Source: Octopus sinensis | Lineage: Eukaryota | Direction: 5' to 3' | Assembly (NCBI RefSeq): GCF_006345805.1 | Contig: NC_043002.1 | Span: 91,202,001-91,266,000, forward strand | DNA: 64,000 bases | Shown: in pieces, positions 15,423-27,701 of the stretch | How the letters are laid out: every line of letters starts with the position of its first letter | Position numbering within the stretch: position 1 is the first letter of the stretch | Made by a program: the position numbers and the translations under genes | The notes under the pieces: model-generated | Told to the model about the DNA's origin: nothing | Database searches by the model: none | Seen by the model: the letters and a program-made list of their open reading frames with translations, nothing else

Positions 15423-16326
15423 GAGAGAAAGAGAGTGTGTGTGAGAGAGAGAGAGATAAAGTGTGTGTGTGAGAGAGAGAGAATGTGCGTGTATGTGAGA
15501 GAGAGAAGTGAGGGGAGAGAGAGAGAAACAATAACAAACTCTCCAATGGTACAATAACGCATGCGCAAGCAACTGTTCAGATGTCTTCCCCAATTCTTAA
15601 AGCTTTCAGTTTGAAAAACAACAATGATAAATTTTACCCGCAGTTTCTTTTTTTTCGGAAATAAGACGTTTAAAAAGAATCATTTTAAATAATTTAGTGA
15701 CAATATTATCTAGAGATGCAAATATTAATTCGGTTTACTGAAAACAAACGACATTTTTTCATTGAAATAATCATGTTACTAATTTGTATTCGTGGATTTA
15801 TATATAATGTACATACTGCACAATATCTTGAAGAAAAATAACTTCGTATTTTTTAGTTGTAACGAGGAAAAAAAAGTAAATTGAAGAATTTATTTTCATC
15901 AGGTTTATGTAAAGTCTCATGTATGAAGAGAAAAAAAAATTGGAGAAAAAGCTGCAAAATTGTTAAATAAATAATAATAAATAATAGATACAATAACCTA
16001 GCAATTACTCAGATTGATGATGGAGTAGGACGTACATGTTTTGTTGTAAAAAGAACATAAGACTTTTGTAAATATTACAGCACTGAAATATATGCAAATA
16101 CCTAAAGTTGGTATAGTTTAACTTGGTAATCAACATAGAGTTAAACATTTCTTTTTATTTCTATGAAGTTTTTACGTTTTCTTTCTGTCTTTGTGTGCTC
16201 GCGTGTGTGTAGGTTAAAGATGGAAAGGAAAATTATCTAGCATCTTGCAACAATAACATTTTGTTTTCTTTTAATATTGATTTAAGATTTTGGCACAAGA
16301 CCATCAAGTTCGGGGAAGGGGTAAGT

Positions 16327-16562
16327 GCTCAGCTGGTAATGATTTTATCCATACCAAAAGGATGAAAGGCAAGGCTCAGCTGGTAATGATTTTATCGATA
16401 CCAAAAGGATGAATGGTAAGACTCAGTTGGTAATGATTTTATCGATACCAAAAGGATGAAAGGCAAAGATCAGCTGGCAATGATTTTGTCCATACTAAAA
16501 GGATGAAAGACAAGGCTCAGCTGGTAATGATTTTATCCATACCAAAAGGATGAAAAGGCAAG
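16327..16562. repeat. 47-bp minisatellite (5 copies) derived from SINE B
   Basis: Unit GCTCAGCTGGTAATGATTTTATCCATACCAAAAGGATGAAAGGCAAG starts at 16327, 16374, 16421, 16468 and 16515, inside a minus-strand SINE B. Confidence 0.88.
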
Positions 16563-16868
16563 GTCGACACCCGACGGCATTTGAACTGAGAACGTGAAAT
16601 CAGAAATCCGGTGCAATAACGACTCTGCCAGCTTGCCACCATATGTTTTCTTTGAATATTGGTTTAAAACTTTTGTAAAAGGCCAGCAAGTTCGGAGGTA
16701 GATTACATCCACCCCAGTGCTCAACTTGTACTTATTTGGGTGGACGGCAATTTTGAATTCAGAACGTATTGTCTGAAGAAATGCGTGAGTATTTTCTTTC
16801 CTGCGCGGTAACAATTTTGCCAACGCCCTGCCTTATGTTTTTTTTTCTAATATCAAATATTTCCGAAG

Positions 16869-17480
16869 GCGGCGAGCTGGCAGAAACGTTAGCACGGCGG
16901 GCGAAATGCTTAGCAGTATTTCGTCTGTCTTTAGGTTCTGAGTTCAAATTCCGTCGAGGTCGACTTTGCCTTTCATACTTTTGGGGTCGATAAATTAAAT
17001 ACCAGCTACGCACTGGGGTCGATATAATCGACTTAATCCGTTTGTATGTCCTTGTTTGTCCTCTCTGTGTTTAGCCCCTTGTGGGTAGTAAAGAAATAGG
17101 CATTTACTTCGTCGCTCCGTTCTGAGTTCAAATTCCACCGAAGTCGACTTTGCCTTTTATCCTTTCAAGGTCGATAAAATAAGTACTGGGATCGATGTAA
17201 TCGGCTTATCTCCTCCCTAAAATTGCTGGTCTTGTGCCAAATTTGTAACTAAAATTAAATAGTTTCAAGGTGGCGAGCTGGCAGAATCGTTAGCACACCC
17301 AACAAAATGCTTAGCGTCATTTCGTCTGCCCTTACGTCCTGATTTCAAATGTCGCCATAATCGACTCTGTCATTCATCCTATTCGGGATGGATAAAAATA
17401 AGTACCTGCTGAGTATGTCGATCTAATCGACTTACTCTTTTCCACGAACCAACTGGCCTTGTGCCATAAATTAAAATTAA
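16869..17480 (+). mobile_element. Cluster of SINE family B copies
   Basis: Three consecutive bodies containing GTTCTGAGTTCAAATTCC...GACTTTGCCTTTCATCCTTTC-like sequence. Confidence 0.8.
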
Positions 17481-17549
17481 TATTAAATAATTCCAAGACG
17501 ATGGGCTCGTAGCAACATAAGCATGCTGGTCAAAATCCTTAGCAGCATT

Positions 17550-18605
17550 GGATCTTTTCACTTTCATCGGCAGATCGAGGAATTTATTTTTTGTAACTAA
17601 ACACTTTCAAACTTCGTATACTAGCAGAATGTGTCATATAAAACATCTTTTACTCTTAGCGTTGTTGAGAAAAGTTTCTATTTACGAAGTTATTTCGTGT
17701 TAAGGTTGTCGTATTTTGGTAATTTCAACCAATCAATGACGTGTATTCAGCTGAATAAAATTACTGCTGTTGTTTGTCAACAACTATCGCCGGTGTATAT
17801 TTCGTTTGTCACTGTTATTTATAACGTCGTTCGTGTGTTTGTACTGGTTTTAGCCTTAGTGTTTTAGGGTTAGGGTTGGGGTTTCAGGGTTAGGGTTTAA
17901 TGGTTAGGGTTAGGGTTTTAGGGTTATGATTATGGTTTTAGGGTTAGGGTTAGGGTTTAAGGTTAGGCTTGGGGTTTTAGGGTTAGGGTTTTAGGGTTGG
18001 AGTTTTAGGGTTAGGGTTACAGAAAAAAGCGAAAAGTGAAGAAATTGGAGGGGAGAGGTATGGGGGCCAAAAAACTTCAAAATTCCAATTTTTGGCAATT
18101 TTCTGGAATTTCCGTATACGAAAGGCTGGGTTTTTGGCCAAAAAATATTTAAGAAAATAATAATTTGCGAAAAAAAAGGGGGCGGGGTCAGGAAGTCTTT
18201 CCGAAAATAGTGGCTGAAAAACAGGAAAAAAAACCCCTAAAAAGCAGTAGAAATGCACGAATGATTATGGTGGTGCCATGAAGTAAACATGCTTCAGATA
18301 CACTCGTTTATTCATACAAACGTAACTGAAATGAAATATGTCATAAATAACAGTGACACAGTAACGAAATATACACCATCGGAAGTTGTTGACAAACAAC
18401 AGCAGTAATACACGTCATTGATTGGTTGAAATTACCAAATTACGACAACTTTAACACGAAATAACTTCGTAAATAAAAACTTTCCTCAAAAATACTAAGA
18501 TTAAAAGATGTTTTACATGACGCATTCTACCAGTGTCCGAAGTTTGAAAGTGTTTAGTTATAAAAAAATTAATTTCTCGATCTAGCGATGAAGGTGAAAA
18601 GATCC
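17550..18605. mobile_element. Foldback/MITE-like element with ~280-bp inverted arms and a telomeric-repeat core
   Basis: 17550-17825 is a diverged reverse complement of 18340-18605, with termini GGATCTTTTCAC / GTGAAAAGATCC. SINE B sequence appears on both sides. Confidence 0.75.
17860..18020 (+). repeat. Degenerate interstitial (TTAGGG)n
   Basis: Multiple TTAGGG and TTTTAGGG hexamer variants. Confidence 0.85.
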
Positions 18606-18891
18606 GCGGTATTTCTACCGGCTCTCTGCGTTTTGAATTTAAATTTCGTTGAGGTCGACTTTAACTTTCATCCTTTCGGTATCGACAACTACGAGTAGTT
18701 GAACACAGGGGTTGGTGTAATCGACTTGCCCCCTCCCACAAAATTTCAGGCCCTGTGCCTATAGTAATAAAGAATATTGAGGGATTCCTGAATATTAAAA
18801 GATTTCGTTCTTGTCACAAGACAGTTTTCACTGAAAAAAAACAGGAAACTAGAGAGGTTGGATGGCATCTTTTAGAAATGTGTTGCAGAAA

Positions 18892-19280
18892 GGCGGCGAG
18901 CTGGCAGAAACGCAAGCACGCCGGGCGAAATGCATATCGGTATTTCGTCTATCTTTACATCCTGAGCTGAAATTCCGCCGAGGTCAACTTTGCCTTTCAT
19001 TCTTTCGGGGTCGATAAATTAAGTACCAGTTACGCACTGGGGTCGATATAATCGACTTAATCCGTTTGTCTGTCCTTGTTTGTCCCCTCTGTGTTCAGCC
19101 CCTTGTGGGTAGTAAAGAAATAGGTATTTCGTCTGTCTTTACTTTCTGAGCTGAAATTCCGGTCAACTTTGCCTTTCATCCTTTCGGGGTCGATAAATTA
19201 AGTACCAGTTGCGTACTGGTGTCGATATAATCGACTGATCCCCTCCCCTAAAATTTCGGGCCTTGTGCCTAGAGTAGAAA
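18892..19280 (+). mobile_element. SINE family B composite (long-tail copy plus short-tail copy)
   Basis: A full copy ending GTAGTAAAGAAATA is followed directly by GGTATTTCGTC..., a second body with a CCCCTAAAATTTCGGGCCTTGTGCC tail. Confidence 0.8.
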
Positions 19281-20557
19281 ACAAATTTGTCGCAGAGAAC
19301 CTACGTAAGAGATTCAAAGCATTTAATTTCTTATTCCTAAACCTAAGTTCAAATCCTTCCACGGTCGTTTTGAGCCCATTACACATTCACTTAAGATTGG
19401 TAAATGATGTATCAGTAATAGTGTTAGATGCAACAAAATTTCTTTTGTCGTTAGTCAGTGAGTGTTATTTCCCATTTGTTTCTATCTAAAAATCAAAGGA
19501 AATGACTACTATTCCCTTCAAACATTGCTTTTTCTACCTGGACATCAATGTTTTCAAACTGACCTATTTTCCACTGCATATCAGACACATTCAGCGCTGA
19601 GTTGCTGAGACAAATATCGTTATAGCAAATATTCCATTCAATATCACAGATTTGATTGTCAGTTGCTTGACCTTAACCACTTGCGCATGTTCCTTAGTGG
19701 CTTGTAATATGTGCATCTCTGATGATGAGAAAGATTAGTGGGTGAGCTGACATCATAGCCATGTTTTGAAAGGGATTCTTTGGGGTTTGAATAAATGTAG
19801 CAAAATTTGAAAGAAATATTAGCCATTTTTCATACTTCCCGGGGATAAGCAAATACGATATAACAGTTTCCACTCACGGACTAAAGTCGTGTAACACAGT
19901 GTTGCTGAACTGTCCCTTTTCGGATTAACAGATCAATATCAAACGTTGAATTTTTTTGTTATTAGCTGCAATGGATCTTTTCGGTTTGAACGACAGTTTT
20001 TAACATAATTTCTAGGTAACTAAAAAATTTAAAACTTCGTATACTGGTAGAATGTGTTTATAAAACTTCTTTTTCTCTTGGCTTTATTGCGAAAATTCTA
20101 TAGTTTGTAAGATATTTGTTTTTTTTTTCTTCAATTTCTGCAATTTCAACCAATTTCAAAACAATCTGTGCCGTATGAATATTCCCTCGTTTAAGAAACA
20201 GATTGGGTTTGTTTACATTTGTGAAGAAAAAAAGATACCCTTCCCCTACAAGAGTGAAAGAGAAAGAACAGGTAAAGCTTGATAAGTACAATGATTTGAG
20301 ATAGATTGGGTAGCTGAAGAAATATAAGAGTGTAAAGGTAGCGCCACACATCATCGGTGTATTGGGTACCTGTGCGCAGAAATTTCGAAAAACTCGAGGA
20401 ACATATTGGTTATGACATAAACGTCAATATTATACAGAAAACTTGTATACGGACTGCAAAAAACTTCTGAAAGATGCTGGATTCCAGTGACCAAAGGCTA
20501 TGACTTGCTATTCAGCAGAAGGAACCGGCATATCACATAAGATCGAGAGATAAAGAC

Positions 20558-20631
<74 letters not shown>

Positions 20632-20633
20632 GT

Positions 20634-22447
20634 AAATGTCCTGATACTGTACTAGGCACTGGCTCTCATGGCTTCTGATTTTAAACGATTGGAAATATAA
20701 TCATGTACATTGTTTTATCTTTGCATAAAAGATGGGCTACTGCAAACATTCTGCTTAATACCACAGATTTCTTTGTCCATTGTTTGACCTTAACCAGTTG
20801 AGCATGTCCCTTAGTGGCTGACGATATGTGCATCTCTGATCACGAGCAGAAGTAGAAGGGGAGCATCGTAGCCATGTGTTGAGAGGGATTCTTTGGGGTT
20901 TGAATAATTCACCATTGGAAACATGGGTGTTTCGTTCATCATCCATAAACAAACCTTATTCAGGGACCTTTTGAGCGGGATGGGCTACTCAAATTGAAGA
21001 AAATTCTAATTAGGCCCCACCTGCAAGGTCATGCGATGTTTATTTTGATATGAGACCACAATGCCTCACATATAATGCATGTAATGCATGTACCTGGTGT
21101 ACACTTATCAGACGGGTAGTCATGATGGGTATACTGGGCTTCGTATATTTGTACCCTGTGTCACTTTGATGGCATGCACCGCTCTCTCACTCAATAATAA
21201 TAATAATAATAATAATAGTAAATGTCCTGATACTGTACTAGGCACTGGCTCTCATGGCTTCTGATTTTAAACGATTGGAAATATAATCATGTACATTGTT
21301 TTATCTTTGCATAAAAGATGGGCTACTGCAAACATTCTGCTTAATACCACAGATTTCTTTGTCCATTGTTTGACCTTAACCAGTTGAGCATGTCCCTTAG
21401 TGGCTGACGATATGTGCATCTCTGATCACGAGCAGAAGTAGAAGGGGAGCATCGTAGCCATGTGTTGAGAGGGATTCTTTGGGGTTTGAATAATTCACCA
21501 TTGGAAACATGGGTGTTTCGTTCATCATCCATAAACAAACCTTATTCAGGGACCTTTTGAGCGGGATGGGCTACTCAAATTGAAGAAAATTCTAATTAGG
21601 CCCCACCTGCAAGGTCATGCGATGTTTATTTTGATATGAGACCACAATGCCTCACATATAATGCATGTAATGCATGTACCTGGTGTACACTTATCAGACG
21701 GGTAGTCATGATGGGTATACTGGGCTTCGTATATTTGTACCCTGTGTCACTTTGATGGCATGCACCGCTCTCTCACTCAATAATAATAATAATAATAATG
21801 ATGATGATGATGATGATGATGATAATAATAACAATACCAATAATAATAATGATATAATATAATAATAATAATAATAAATAAATGCCCTGATGCAGTACCA
21901 GGCAGTGGCTCTCATGGCTTCTGATCTTAACTGATTGGAAGTGTTATCATGTACATTGTTTTGTCTTGGTATAAAAGATGGGCTACAGCAACTATTCTGC
22001 TCAATACCACAGATTTGCTTGTCAGTTGTTTGACCTTAACCAGTTGAGCATGTCCCTTAGTGGCTGACGATATGTGCATCTCTGATCACGTGCAGAAGTA
22101 GTGGGGGAGCATCATAGCCATGTGTTGAGAGGGATTCTTTGGGGTTTGAATAGTTCACCTCTGGAAACATGGGTGGTTCTTTCAACATCCTTAAACAACC
22201 CTTATTCAGGGACCGTTTGAGCGGGATGGGCTACTCAACCAGAAGAAAATTCTAACTGGGCCCCACCTGCAAGGTCATGTGCTGTTTATCTTGATATGAG
22301 ATCACCATGTCGCGCACATATGGTTGTGATGCATGTGCCTGGTGTACCTTTATCAGACGGGTAGTCATGATGGGTATATTGGGCTTCGTATATTTTACCC
22401 CAGTGTCACTTTGATGGCATGCACTGCTCTCTCACTCAATAATAATA

Positions 22448-22479
<32 letters not shown>

Positions 22480-23113
22480 GTAAATGTCCTGATACTGTAC
22501 TAGGCACTGGCTCTCATGGCTTCTGATTTTAAACGATTGGAAATATAATCATGTACATTGTTTTATCTTTGCATAAAAGATGGGCTACTGCAAACATTCT
22601 GCTTAATACCACAGATTTCTTTGTCCATTGTTTGACCTTAACCAGTTGAGCATGTCCCTTAGTGGCTGACGATATGTGCATCTCTGATCACGAGCAGAAG
22701 TAGAAGGGGAGCATCGTAGCCATGTGTTGAGAGGGATTCTTTGGGGTTTGAATAATTCACCATTGGAAACATGGGTGTTTCGTTCATCATCCATAAACAA
22801 ACCTTATTCAGGGACCTTTTGAGCGGGATGGGCTACTCAAATTGAAGAAAATTCTAATTAGGCCCCACCTGCAAGGTCATGCGATGTTTATTTTGATATG
22901 AGACCACAATGCCTCACATATAAAGCATGTAATGCATGTACCTGGTGTACACTTATCAGACGGGTAGTCATGATGGGTATACTGGGCTTCGTATATTTGT
23001 ACCCTGTGTCACTTTGATGGCATGCACCGCTCTCTCACTCAATAATAATAATAATAATAATGATGATGATGATGATGATGATAATAATAATAACAATACC
23101 AATAATAATAATG

Positions 23114-23144
<31 letters not shown>

Positions 23145-23698
23145 GCCCTGATGCAGTACCAGGCAGTGGCTCTCATGGCTTCTGATCTTAACTGATTGGA
23201 AGTGTTATCATGTACATTGTTTTGTCTTGGTATAAAAGATGGGCTACAGCAACTATTCTGCTCAATACCACAGATTTGCTTGTCAGTTGTTTGACCTTAA
23301 CCAGTTGAGCATGTCCCTTAGTGGCTGACGATATGTGCATCTCTGATCACGTGCAGAAGTAGTGGGGGAGCATCATAGCCATGTGTTGAGAGGGATTCTT
23401 TGGGGTTTGAATAGTTCACCTCTGGAAACATGGGTGGTTCTTTCAACATCCTTAAACAACCCTTATTCAGGGACCGTTTGAGCGGGATGGGCTACTCAAC
23501 CAGAAGAAAATTCTAACTGGGCCCCACCTGCAAGGTCATGTGCTGTTTATCTTGATATGAGATCACCATGTCGCGCACATATGGTTGTGATGCATGTGCC
23601 TGGTGTACCTTTATCAGACGGGTAGTCATGATGGGTATATTGGGCTTCGTATATTTTACCCCAGTGTCACTTTGATGGCATGCACTGCTCTCTCACTC
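20634..23698 (+). mobile_element. Five tandem copies of a ~560-bp (AAT)n-associated non-coding element
   Basis: Units at 20634-21192, 21220-21778, 21880-22437, 22482-23040 and 23141-23698, each running AAATG(T/C)CCTGAT...CTCTCACTC and separated by (AAT)n-based spacers. Confidence 0.92.
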
Positions 23699-23763
23699 AA
23701 TAATAATAATATAATAATAATATAATATATTAATAATTACTATTATAATTATAATTATTATTA

Positions 23764-23843
<80 letters not shown>

Positions 23844-23845
<2 letters not shown>

Positions 23846-24268
23846 TGTGACATCAGATTAAACATCGGAAGCCTGACATTGTTGTGTTGAACAAAAACAG
23901 GAAAATCTTGCATGATAATCGACATAGCATGTCCCGGTGACAACAGGATCAAAGAGAAAGAAGAAAAAGCGAACAACTATGATGAATTGACACATGCAGG
24001 TTGTGGGCAACGGAGAGTGGTGTTGACATGATACCAATAGTAATTGGTACCCTTGGAAGTATCAGCACTCAACTACCAGCATGGCTCAAAATGATTGGTA
24101 CAAATGTAAAGATTGAACATCCACAAAAATCAACATTGCTTGGAAACTGCGAGTGTTCTCCGCAGGGTTCTTGAAGCATAATCAGTAAATAGGTGTCACC
24201 TTAGTCTGCTGGCTGTGGACAGATGATACCTTTCGTAATATCTAGCAAAATAAGCTGAGAGCTTTCAA
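23844..24268 (+). mobile_element. 3' fragment of a second R4/Dong-like RLE retrotransposon family
   Basis: Disrupted translation contains KHRKPDIVVL, MIIDIACPGD and IPIVIGTLG (RLE motifs), then a 3' UTR ending in (AAT)n. Confidence 0.8.
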
Positions 24269-24291
24269 TAATAATAATAATAATAATAATA

Positions 24292-24330
<39 letters not shown>

Positions 24331-24511
24331 TGAAGAATCAGATGAACAGTATAGCCCGCCACGAGGCTTAATTGAAAGACTGCCATCTGATCAAAGTACG
24401 CAAAGGCCTGAAGATACAAGAAATTCTATTGTACCTGTTAAAGATAGCCAGGAAAACGAAAAAACAACAGTAACTGAAGATCTCGCATTTGCTGAAGAAC
24501 ACAGAGAGTCT

Positions 24512-25063
24512 ATGGCAGAAATGAGGCAGAAAATCCTGAATACACTTGAAGTTGTAAGACATACAAGTATGAATGATAGAGAACCACTTCATAAACTCTC
24601 AAATACAAACCAAAATAAAAAACAAATCCAAATTGGCAACTATGTAACAAATGAAATAATACGAGAATTAAAACCTGATTTTACTGAGTTAAATGAAATT
24701 ATTTACGCTTCTGCTAGGGCAATTGAAACCAGCTGTATGCCGCCGAAAAAACAAAGAAAACCAAACCTGGGAAGAAATCAAACCTGGAGAAGTAAAATTG
24801 AAAAAGAGATTGAATTTATGAGAGGGGAAATATCAATATTAAATGAACTAATATGTGGAAATGATGTAAGATCCAGAACAGGAAGAAAGATGAAGAGAAA
24901 ATTTGGATCCTCACCAAGAGAAGAACTGATATCAATAAAAGAAACGCTGAAACAAAAAGTCCAAGCAAAAGCCCAAAGAATACGAAGATTTGAGAAGAGA
25001 AACAAGTTTTACAAGCAAAATAAGCTGTTCACATCCAATGCCAAAAATTCTACAGAGAAATAG
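24512..25063 (+). CDS. N-terminal part of the R4/Dong ORF (frame open from 24326; joins the next ORF by a 1-nt frameshift)
   Basis: Basic region KQKVQAKAQRIRRFEKR..FYKQNKLF. Adding one A to the A5 run at 25043-25047 restores NAKKFYREIG...PPMEEVQNFW. Confidence 0.8.
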   Translation: MAEMRQKILNTLEVVRHTSMNDREPLHKLSNTNQNKKQIQIGNYVTNEIIRELKPDFTELNEIIYASARAIETSCMPPKKQRKPNLGRNQTWRSKIEKEIEFMRGEISILNELICGNDVRSRTGRKMKRKFGSSPREELISIKETLKQKVQAKAQRIRRFEKRNKFYKQNKLFTSNAKNSTEK

Positions 25064-25098
25064 GGAAGGAGAAAGTAACCGTTAAAGACACCCCTCCC

Positions 25099-27528
25099 AT
25101 GGAAGAAGTTCAAAACTTTTGGAAAAGGATTTGGAGTGACAAGAAGACGTACAACATAAATGCAGACTGGATTATACAAACTGAAGGATCCTACCAAAAT
25201 TTACAACAACAAGCATGGGAAGACATCACAATAGCAGACCTAAGAAAGGCACTCACGAAGGCCCATAATTGGAAATCCCCCGGTAAAGATAGGGTGCCGA
25301 ATTTCTGGCTCGCATCGCTCCCATGCGCACACGGTAAGCTAGTTCAGCTGCTCAATGGAATTATGAGAGACCCAAAGAAAACACCTGAATGGTTAGCAAG
25401 TGGCATTACTTACCTACTCCCAAAGAATAACGAAACCAACCTTCCGAAAAACTATCGGCCTATAACCTGTCTATCCACCACGTATAAAATCCTAACATCT
25501 ATCCTGGCGGAGAAAACATATGCATTCATGGAGAAGAACGATATTTTCCCCATTGAACAAAAAGGGTGCCGCCGAGGCTCTTACGGATGCAAAGATCAAC
25601 TGCTAATCAATCGTATGATCCTTGAGAACTGTCACAACAAGCGCAGAAATCTCAGCACCTCATGGATTGACTATAAAAAGGCCTTCGACAGTATACCGCA
25701 TCCATGGATCTTGAGATCGCTGGACATCTTCAAAATTTCCCCTGTGATTTCAAACTTCCTGAAGCACAATATGTCGTTGTGGAATACGAATCTCCAATTA
25801 TACCACTCTAATGGAGTACTTGCCTCAGAAAATATAAACATCAACTGTGGAATTTTTCAAGGTGACTCACTTTCACCTTTAATATTCTGCATAGCCCTAA
25901 TACCCCTTACAAGTGAATTAAACAGAACAGGGTATGGGTATAAAATTGCCAATAAAAAAATAAGCCATCTATTTTATATGGATGACTTAAAACTTTATGG
26001 TAAAAACAATAATGAACTTGAAGGCCTATTGCGCACTGTGAAAGCATTCAGCGATGACATCGGGATGGAGTTTGGACTTGAGAAGTGTGCCAAGGCCACT
26101 TTCCAGAAAGGGAAAGTGAAGACCACAAATTCTGTCGTGTTAGATGTTGACACAGTCATAAGAGAGCTTGAGCAAGAACAAACATACAAATATTTAGGGA
26201 TAAATGAAGGCTCTGGTATTCAGCATGCAAGCATGAAAGAGAAGATCAGGAAGGAATGTTATAGGAGAGTTCGTGCAGTCTTGAAATCTGAACTAAATGC
26301 ACGTAACAAGGTGTTAGCTATAAATTCCTTAGCAGTTCCAGTTGTTACTTATAGCTACAATGTGTTGAACTGGAATATGAGTGAAGTAAAAAATATAGAT
26401 AGGAAAATACGCAAGCTGCTGAGTTGTAATAGGATGCACCACCCAAAGGCAGACGTAGATCGCCTTTACCTTCCCAGAGCCCAAGAAGGTCGAGGCCTGA
26501 TCCAATTTGAACTAGCTTACAAAACAACCACAATTGGACTGGCCAAATATCTCAATATATCGAATGACTGGATGCTAAAGCTCGTGGAAAATCACGAGAG
26601 ACGAAAGAAGCTTCATTCTATCATAAAGGAAAGCAAAAAATTTGCTATTGATCTCGTGCAGGATACCCAAACAGAACAACCCGAGGGAAGTACGGCAATT
26701 ATTGTTGCAAAGAAGGTGAAAATAATGGCAACGAAAAAAGCGCACGAGCAATTGGCTGATAGGTGGGAGGAGAAACCTCTGCACGGCAAATATGTGACCC
26801 GCACCAAACAAGCTGATGTTGACCAGAAGCAAACCCATCAGTGGCTACGGAGCTCAGGGCTAAAAGCAGAGAGCGAAGGTTTCATCCTGGCTGCTCAAGA
26901 TCAAAGCCTATTAACCCGGAACTACCAGGCCAATGTGATGAAAAATGGAGCAGACCCAAAATGCCGATTCTGCAACTACATGATTGAAACAGTGGACCAC
27001 CTAATCTCTGGATGTAAAGTCTTAGCTCCAGTGGAGTATAAATTAAGACATGACAGAGTTGGCCAATATCTACACTGGCTAATAAGTCGGCATTACAATA
27101 TCAAAACTGCCGACAAGTGGTATAATCACCACCCTGAGGCTGTAACTGAAGGAGAAAATGTAACCATTCTGTGGGACTTTCCAATACATACAGACCGAAC
27201 CATCAAGGCCAATAAACCAGATATTGTTGTGAAAGACCAAAACAATAAAGTTTGCTTATTGATCGACATGAGCATCCCCTGTGATCATAATATCTCAGCG
27301 AAAGAGTTTGACAAGCTCAGAAAATATAAAGACCTACTCATTGAAATTGAGAAAATGTGGCATCTCAAGGCGGTTACAATACCAGTGATCGTAGGAGCAC
27401 TAGGAATGATCAAGAAGGGAACCGAAAATTATATGAGAATGATCCCTGGCTTACAATCCCTGCAAGAAGTGCAAAAGATTGTCTTAACTGGTACATCACA
27501 CGTATTGAGAAGAGCATTGTCGATGTGA
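25099..27528 (+). CDS. Reverse transcriptase / CCHC / restriction-like endonuclease polyprotein (809 aa)
   Basis: NYRPITCL, GIFQGDSLSP and YMDDLKLY (RT); CRFC..ETVDHLISGC (zinc knuckle); RHDRV, KPDIVVKD, LIDMSIP and KLRKYKDL (RLE). Confidence 0.95.
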   Translation: MEEVQNFWKRIWSDKKTYNINADWIIQTEGSYQNLQQQAWEDITIADLRKALTKAHNWKSPGKDRVPNFWLASLPCAHGKLVQLLNGIMRDPKKTPEWLASGITYLLPKNNETNLPKNYRPITCLSTTYKILTSILAEKTYAFMEKNDIFPIEQKGCRRGSYGCKDQLLINRMILENCHNKRRNLSTSWIDYKKAFDSIPHPWILRSLDIFKISPVISNFLKHNMSLWNTNLQLYHSNGVLASENININCGIFQGDSLSPLIFCIALIPLTSELNRTGYGYKIANKKISHLFYMDDLKLYGKNNNELEGLLRTVKAFSDDIGMEFGLEKCAKATFQKGKVKTTNSVVLDVDTVIRELEQEQTYKYLGINEGSGIQHASMKEKIRKECYRRVRAVLKSELNARNKVLAINSLAVPVVTYSYNVLNWNMSEVKNIDRKIRKLLSCNRMHHPKADVDRLYLPRAQEGRGLIQFELAYKTTTIGLAKYLNISNDWMLKLVENHERRKKLHSIIKESKKFAIDLVQDTQTEQPEGSTAIIVAKKVKIMATKKAHEQLADRWEEKPLHGKYVTRTKQADVDQKQTHQWLRSSGLKAESEGFILAAQDQSLLTRNYQANVMKNGADPKCRFCNYMIETVDHLISGCKVLAPVEYKLRHDRVGQYLHWLISRHYNIKTADKWYNHHPEAVTEGENVTILWDFPIHTDRTIKANKPDIVVKDQNNKVCLLIDMSIPCDHNISAKEFDKLRKYKDLLIEIEKMWHLKAVTIPVIVGALGMIKKGTENYMRMIPGLQSLQEVQKIVLTGTSHVLRRALSM

Positions 27529-27701
27529 GAACTGTTGTTGCTCATGTATTTTAATTTAACTTTAAAAACAAAATTTAAAAAATGAACGAACTACTGAGTT
27601 TGGTTTAATGGCCTATCAATGTATACTATGAGTTTCCTTGCCCTAGGAGTCGGGAAGACACTCGGCAAGAAATGGAAGCAAATTTGAAAGAAGAAAAAAA
27701 A

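Noticed and set aside
20755-20952. Repeated 65-aa ORF (MFMDDERN...) in the 560-bp units
   Set aside because: It is present only in subtype A and interrupted in subtype B, with no recognisable motif.
20634-21192. Ribozyme inside the 560-bp unit (HDV-like or hammerhead)
   Set aside because: The GUGCAUG/CAUGCAU P1-like pairing lacks P3/P1.1, and CUGACGA is not followed by a properly placed GAAA.
20634-23698. CRISPR-like or prokaryotic array interpretation
   Set aside because: Units are 560 bp separated by microsatellites, there are no cas genes, and the context is eukaryotic.
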